DNA of 57,068 nucleotides from a virus (Duplodnaviria; Caudoviricetes): IMG/VR virus record IMGVR_UViG_3300044796_000031, positions 1 to 57,068 of that record; one strand, 5' to 3'. Shown piece by piece: positions 53,739 to 57,068 of this stretch (position 1 is its first letter; each line of letters starts with the position of its first letter). The notes under the pieces were generated by a model. It saw only the letters and a program-made list of their open reading frames with translations, ran no database searches and was not told where the DNA came from. The position numbers and the translations under genes were made by a program.

Positions 53739-53926
53739 TGTTAATTCGTGGCGGCTATTCCCCTCCACCAACCTAACCGAAGTGGAGTTTGTTGCGGAAA
53801 TGAAGCGCAGAGAGCAAATGCTAGTGCCTCCATTTCTTCGTTTGTTCAAATGGCTGGCGAAAAGCGTTTGCCGGGCGAATTAAACTAAATTACTATAATT
53901 TAACTTAAACCAAAGGAGATTCTAAA

Positions 53927-54775
53927 ATGTATGAGCAAAAAATAGATTACGAAGCGATACCCGATGCGGCACTAGCTGAGACAGTGCTTACGGAATTGCA
54001 ATTTCACCATGACCACGACCAGATCGTGCAGGGCAGGTATTGGGAAGGCGGCAAGGGTTGCGCGGTGGGGTGTTTACTGAAATCAAGCAACCACGAGGAA
54101 TACGAGCCGAAATTTGGCATTCCTTTAATGCTTGCGCGCTTGGAGGATCGGTTATTCGAGGGACTAAAGAACGGCGAGGCGAAGGCATGGCCCATGCAGT
54201 TTATGTCCACGGCTATGCAGATACGTGAAACGCGCCCGGAGAGATTGGAAGCGTTAAAGCCTGTCGGTTGGCAATTCTTGTATTGGCTGTTGACTGAGGA
54301 ACTACCTAAAAGCGTTGTCGGTGAAGGTAAGGTTTTCGACGATGTACGCAAGGCAATTGCACAGTGTGCCGATATTCTGTTGCCACTAACAAAAGGCGAT
54401 AAAGTAGATAAAGATGCTGCGGATGCTGCGTATGCTGCGTATGCTGCGTATGCTGCTGCGCGTGCTGCGTATGCTGCGGATGCTGCGTATGCTGCGTATG
54501 CTGCGGATGCTGCGTATGCTGCGGATGCTGCGGATGCTGCGTATGCTGCTGCGCGTGCTGCGGATGCTGCGCGTGCTGCTGCGCGTGCTGCGTATGCTGC
54601 GGATGCTGCGTATGCTGCTGCGCGTGCTGCGGATGCTGCGTATGCTGCTGCGCGTGCTGCTGCGCGTGCTGCGTATGCTGCGGATGCTGCGGATGCTGCG
54701 TATGCTGCTGCGGATGCTGCTGCTTGCTATAAGAGAATGTCTGACAAACTAATCGAACTAATGGAGGCCGCATGA
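53927..54775 (+). CDS. Phage protein with Ala-rich AA(D/Y/R) repeat tract
   Basis: SD AAGGAG; YWEGGKGCAVGC..GIP..LARLED..FEGL N-terminal domain. Confidence 0.8.
   Translation: MYEQKIDYEAIPDAALAETVLTELQFHHDHDQIVQGRYWEGGKGCAVGCLLKSSNHEEYEPKFGIPLMLARLEDRLFEGLKNGEAKAWPMQFMSTAMQIRETRPERLEALKPVGWQFLYWLLTEELPKSVVGEGKVFDDVRKAIAQCADILLPLTKGDKVDKDAADAAYAAYAAYAAARAAYAADAAYAAYAADAAYAADAADAAYAAARAADAARAAARAAYAADAAYAAARAADAAYAAARAAARAAYAADAADAAYAAADAAACYKRMSDKLIELMEAA
54413..54724 (+). repeat. 9/12-nt coding tandem repeat
   Basis: GCTGCG(GAT/TAT/CGT) units with occasional extra GCT. Confidence 0.95.
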
Positions 54776-54918
54776 AACCAACCATAAGCTGCCAACTAGA
54801 CCAAGAAACCGACCGCACCGTTAAATTGTTTTGCCAAGAAAACGGGCGCATCAGTGAAGCCGCGTTTTTACGACAGGCTATTGCGGAGAAGCTGGCGCGG
54901 TGGAAGGCTGGGAAGTAA
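54772..54918 (+). CDS. Ribbon-helix-helix-like regulator (48 aa, not in track)
   Basis: MKPTISCQLDQETDRTV...SEAAFLRQAIAEKL; ATGA-coupled. Confidence 0.6.
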   Translation: MKPTISCQLDQETDRTVKLFCQENGRISEAAFLRQAIAEKLARWKAGK

Positions 54919-55074
54919 TAGAAGGGGGGAGGCGGCGCGGCTGTTTCCCCTCCCATTCATATCCGTATTGTATTTTTACAACTTGACGCGGGCGCGCAAA
55001 AGGCTTTTTATAAAGGGAGCGTAAAGATAGGCGAACGGTTGCTTTTGACCGTACATAAATAGGGAGCGTGGCGC

Positions 55075-55278
55075 GTGTCACCGGCAAATATAACACCTCA
55101 GCAATTCAAGGACTTGGCAACCGAACTATTCGGAAACGAATGGATCGAGCAGTTATGTCTGCGTTTGGATGTGCAGCGGCGAACGCCGCTTAGATGGGCA
55201 AGCGGGGAACGCCCAATCCCTGCCGCAGTTGAGGAGCTTTTGCTATTCCTGCGTAATGGCCGGAGGAACGCGCTATGA
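55075..55278 (+). CDS. Small HTH-like protein
   Basis: LFG..W..L...LDVQRRT..RWASGERPIP. Confidence 0.7.
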   Translation: MSPANITPQQFKDLATELFGNEWIEQLCLRLDVQRRTPLRWASGERPIPAAVEELLLFLRNGRRNAL

Positions 55279-57068
55279 AGGCCGCATTATCACTTGTCAG
55301 CCCGATAGACCACATCGGCGCATTTATAGACCACATGGCAGGGAACGGCTGCGAGCCAGCAAGCGGCGCGGATATAATAGCAGACGACAAGCGCCACCTG
55401 ATAGGGCTAGCCGGGGATAAGAAGTCCGAGCGTGCGTTATATTACCGGCTGGATATTCGGGAAGGGTACAGCTTGGGCTGGTACAAGAATTGCAAAACCG
55501 GCGAGACTTACAACTATAAGAACGGGAAAGAGCCGAAGCGCAGCGCCGAGGAAATTGCGGCGATCAAAATGGCGCGGGAGAAAGAAAAGCGGCAGCGAGA
55601 GGCCGCAGAGGAAAAGACACATAAGCGCCTAGCTGCTAGACTTAAACGTGCTTTTAATAACCTACCGGCAGCCCGCGCGCATCCTTACCTGACAGAGAAG
55701 GGCGTCGAGGCGCATGGGATAAAATACCGTGCGAAGGGGAAAGAATTAATTATACCAATTTATGGTATTAAGGGCGAACTGTTCAGCGTGCAGCGCATTA
55801 GCGCGACGTGGAAGGGTTATTTTTCAGGTGGTAAGATTTCGGGGTGCTATTTCCCAATGGCAACCAAGGGGGGGGATTTCAGCACGATCCTGATAGCTGA
55901 AGGCTTTGCCACGGCGGCGAGTGTGCGGGAAGCTACAGACTTGCCGGTGGTGGTTGCTTTTGATGCTGGAAATTTAAAGCCGGTGGCGCTGGCGATGCGG
56001 AAAAAATATCCCGATGCGCGCATTGTGTTTGCGGCGGATAATGACCAGTGGAAATTCAACCCGAAAAAACGCCCAACGGGTTTAAAGTCCGACGACATAA
56101 CGGGTGACTCGCCGGAATGGGAAAGGCTGCGCGCGGAGGGATTCACCTATAACACAGGTATTGATAAGGCGCAGCAGGCAGCGGCGGCGATAGGCGGCGG
56201 AATAGTGTTGGCCCCGCCGTTTACTGGAAGTGAGGCGCACAAAAAAAACGATTGGAATGATTACGCGGCGCTATTCGGCAATGACGCCGTGCGGGTGGCA
56301 TTTGATGCGGCGCTGGCCATTAAGAAACCAGCGGCAGAACCTGAGCCAGAAGAATATGAGCCAGAGCCACCCGTGGGCGGTGATGATACTCTAATGGTCA
56401 GCCCGAAGATTACGGGCGACATGGGGATGAAATTCAAGGTGCTGGGGTATAATGAGGGGAAATACTATTATTACCCGTTCGCGCTGCGTCAGATTGTATC
56501 ACTCACGGCGTCCAGCCACTCTATCCAGAATCTAATGCAGCTTGATAGTCTGGACGCATGGGAATCACGGTGGCGCGACGAGGACGGCAAGTTAAAGGCC
56601 AAGCACCAAGTAATCGCTCTTTATGCGTCCGCCTCCCTCATGGGGATTGCAGAAAAGCGCGGCGTATTCATGGAAGAAGATAGGGTGCGCGGTGGCGGTG
56701 CGTGGTTGGATGAGGGGCGCGTGATATTACACTGCGGCGATGCGCTGTATGTGGATGGGGATTATAAAAAGTTCGATGAATTGGTGACAGAATTTACCTA
56801 TGTAGCAGCACCAAGACTATTACGTCCGGCGAAGGCAGCGTTAACTAATGCAGAAGCACATCGTTTGCGGGTAATCTGCGAGTCAGCGACATGGGAGAAT
56901 CCCCTTTCCGGCTCACTGTTAGCTGGGTGGCTTGTAATAGCCCCCATTTGCTCCGCGCTGGCTTATAGGCCGCACATCTATGTCACAGGGGAATCAGAAT
57001 CAGGCAAATCAACGATAATGGATAAAGTAATAAAGGCCGTCCTTGGTAGGGCTGCGCTCTGTGTAGAT
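55275..57068 (+). CDS. Primase-helicase, N-terminal TOPRIM part (not in ORF track; ~919 aa when joined to 1..1151)
   Basis: ATG overlaps upstream stop; HPYL..KG, IAEGFATA, AFDAGNL, AADND; runs off the end in frame with 135..1151. Confidence 0.88.
   Translation, partial: MKAALSLVSPIDHIGAFIDHMAGNGCEPASGADIIADDKRHLIGLAGDKKSERALYYRLDIREGYSLGWYKNCKTGETYNYKNGKEPKRSAEEIAAIKMAREKEKRQREAAEEKTHKRLAARLKRAFNNLPAARAHPYLTEKGVEAHGIKYRAKGKELIIPIYGIKGELFSVQRISATWKGYFSGGKISGCYFPMATKGGDFSTILIAEGFATAASVREATDLPVVVAFDAGNLKPVALAMRKKYPDARIVFAADNDQWKFNPKKRPTGLKSDDITGDSPEWERLRAEGFTYNTGIDKAQQAAAAIGGGIVLAPPFTGSEAHKKNDWNDYAALFGNDAVRVAFDAALAIKKPAAEPEPEEYEPEPPVGGDDTLMVSPKITGDMGMKFKVLGYNEGKYYYYPFALRQIVSLTASSHSIQNLMQLDSLDAWESRWRDEDGKLKAKHQVIALYASASLMGIAEKRGVFMEEDRVRGGGAWLDEGRVILHCGDALYVDGDYKKFDELVTEFTYVAAPRLLRPAKAALTNAEAHRLRVICESATWENPLSGSLLAGWLVIAPICSALAYRPHIYVTGESESGKSTIMDKVIKAVLGRAALCVD
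56884..57068. repeat. Terminal direct repeat, right copy
   Basis: Matches 1-185. Confidence 0.95.

Noticed and set aside
54306-54956. MLRMLR and QHTQHP ORFs
   Set aside because: Shadow frames of the Ala repeat.
1-57068. tRNA genes, integrase/att site, alternative genetic code
   Set aside because: None recognised by eye; core genes are uninterrupted in code 11. tRNAscan and HMM searches were not run, so small or divergent cases could be missed.

Overview
The window is an apparently complete ~56.9 kb circularly permuted genome of a tailed dsDNA phage with a podovirus-like virion module. Bases 1-185 are repeated at 56884-57068, and the join falls inside a TOPRIM primase/helicase gene. Two arms diverge from an AT-rich, iteron-containing intergenic region (~50990-51650, probable replication origin) and converge at ~14683. 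The + arm carries early and replication genes: HTH/RHH regulators, primase-helicase, SF2 helicase, VRR-NUC, YqaJ exonuclease, DEDDh exonuclease, RecT, a C5-methyltransferase-like protein, two tandem-repeat proteins and many small ORFs. The - arm carries late genes: TerS, TerL with a class 3 LAGLIDADG intein, an HNH endonuclease, portal, GroES-like co-chaperonin, scaffold, major capsid, tail/adaptor proteins, fibres, three ejection-type proteins, and a lysis cassette (M15 endolysin, holin, i/o-spanin). Spanins imply a Gram-negative host, and promoter shape hints at Alphaproteobacteria. I saw no integrase, DNA polymerase, tRNA, RT or CRISPR array. The best candidate for an undescribed system is a four-gene operon with its own promoter, in which an HlyC/RtxC-type toxin-activating acyltransferase homologue is translationally coupled to the putative ejection proteins, suggesting fatty-acylation of injected virion proteins. 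All family assignments come from motifs recognised by eye; no searches were run.
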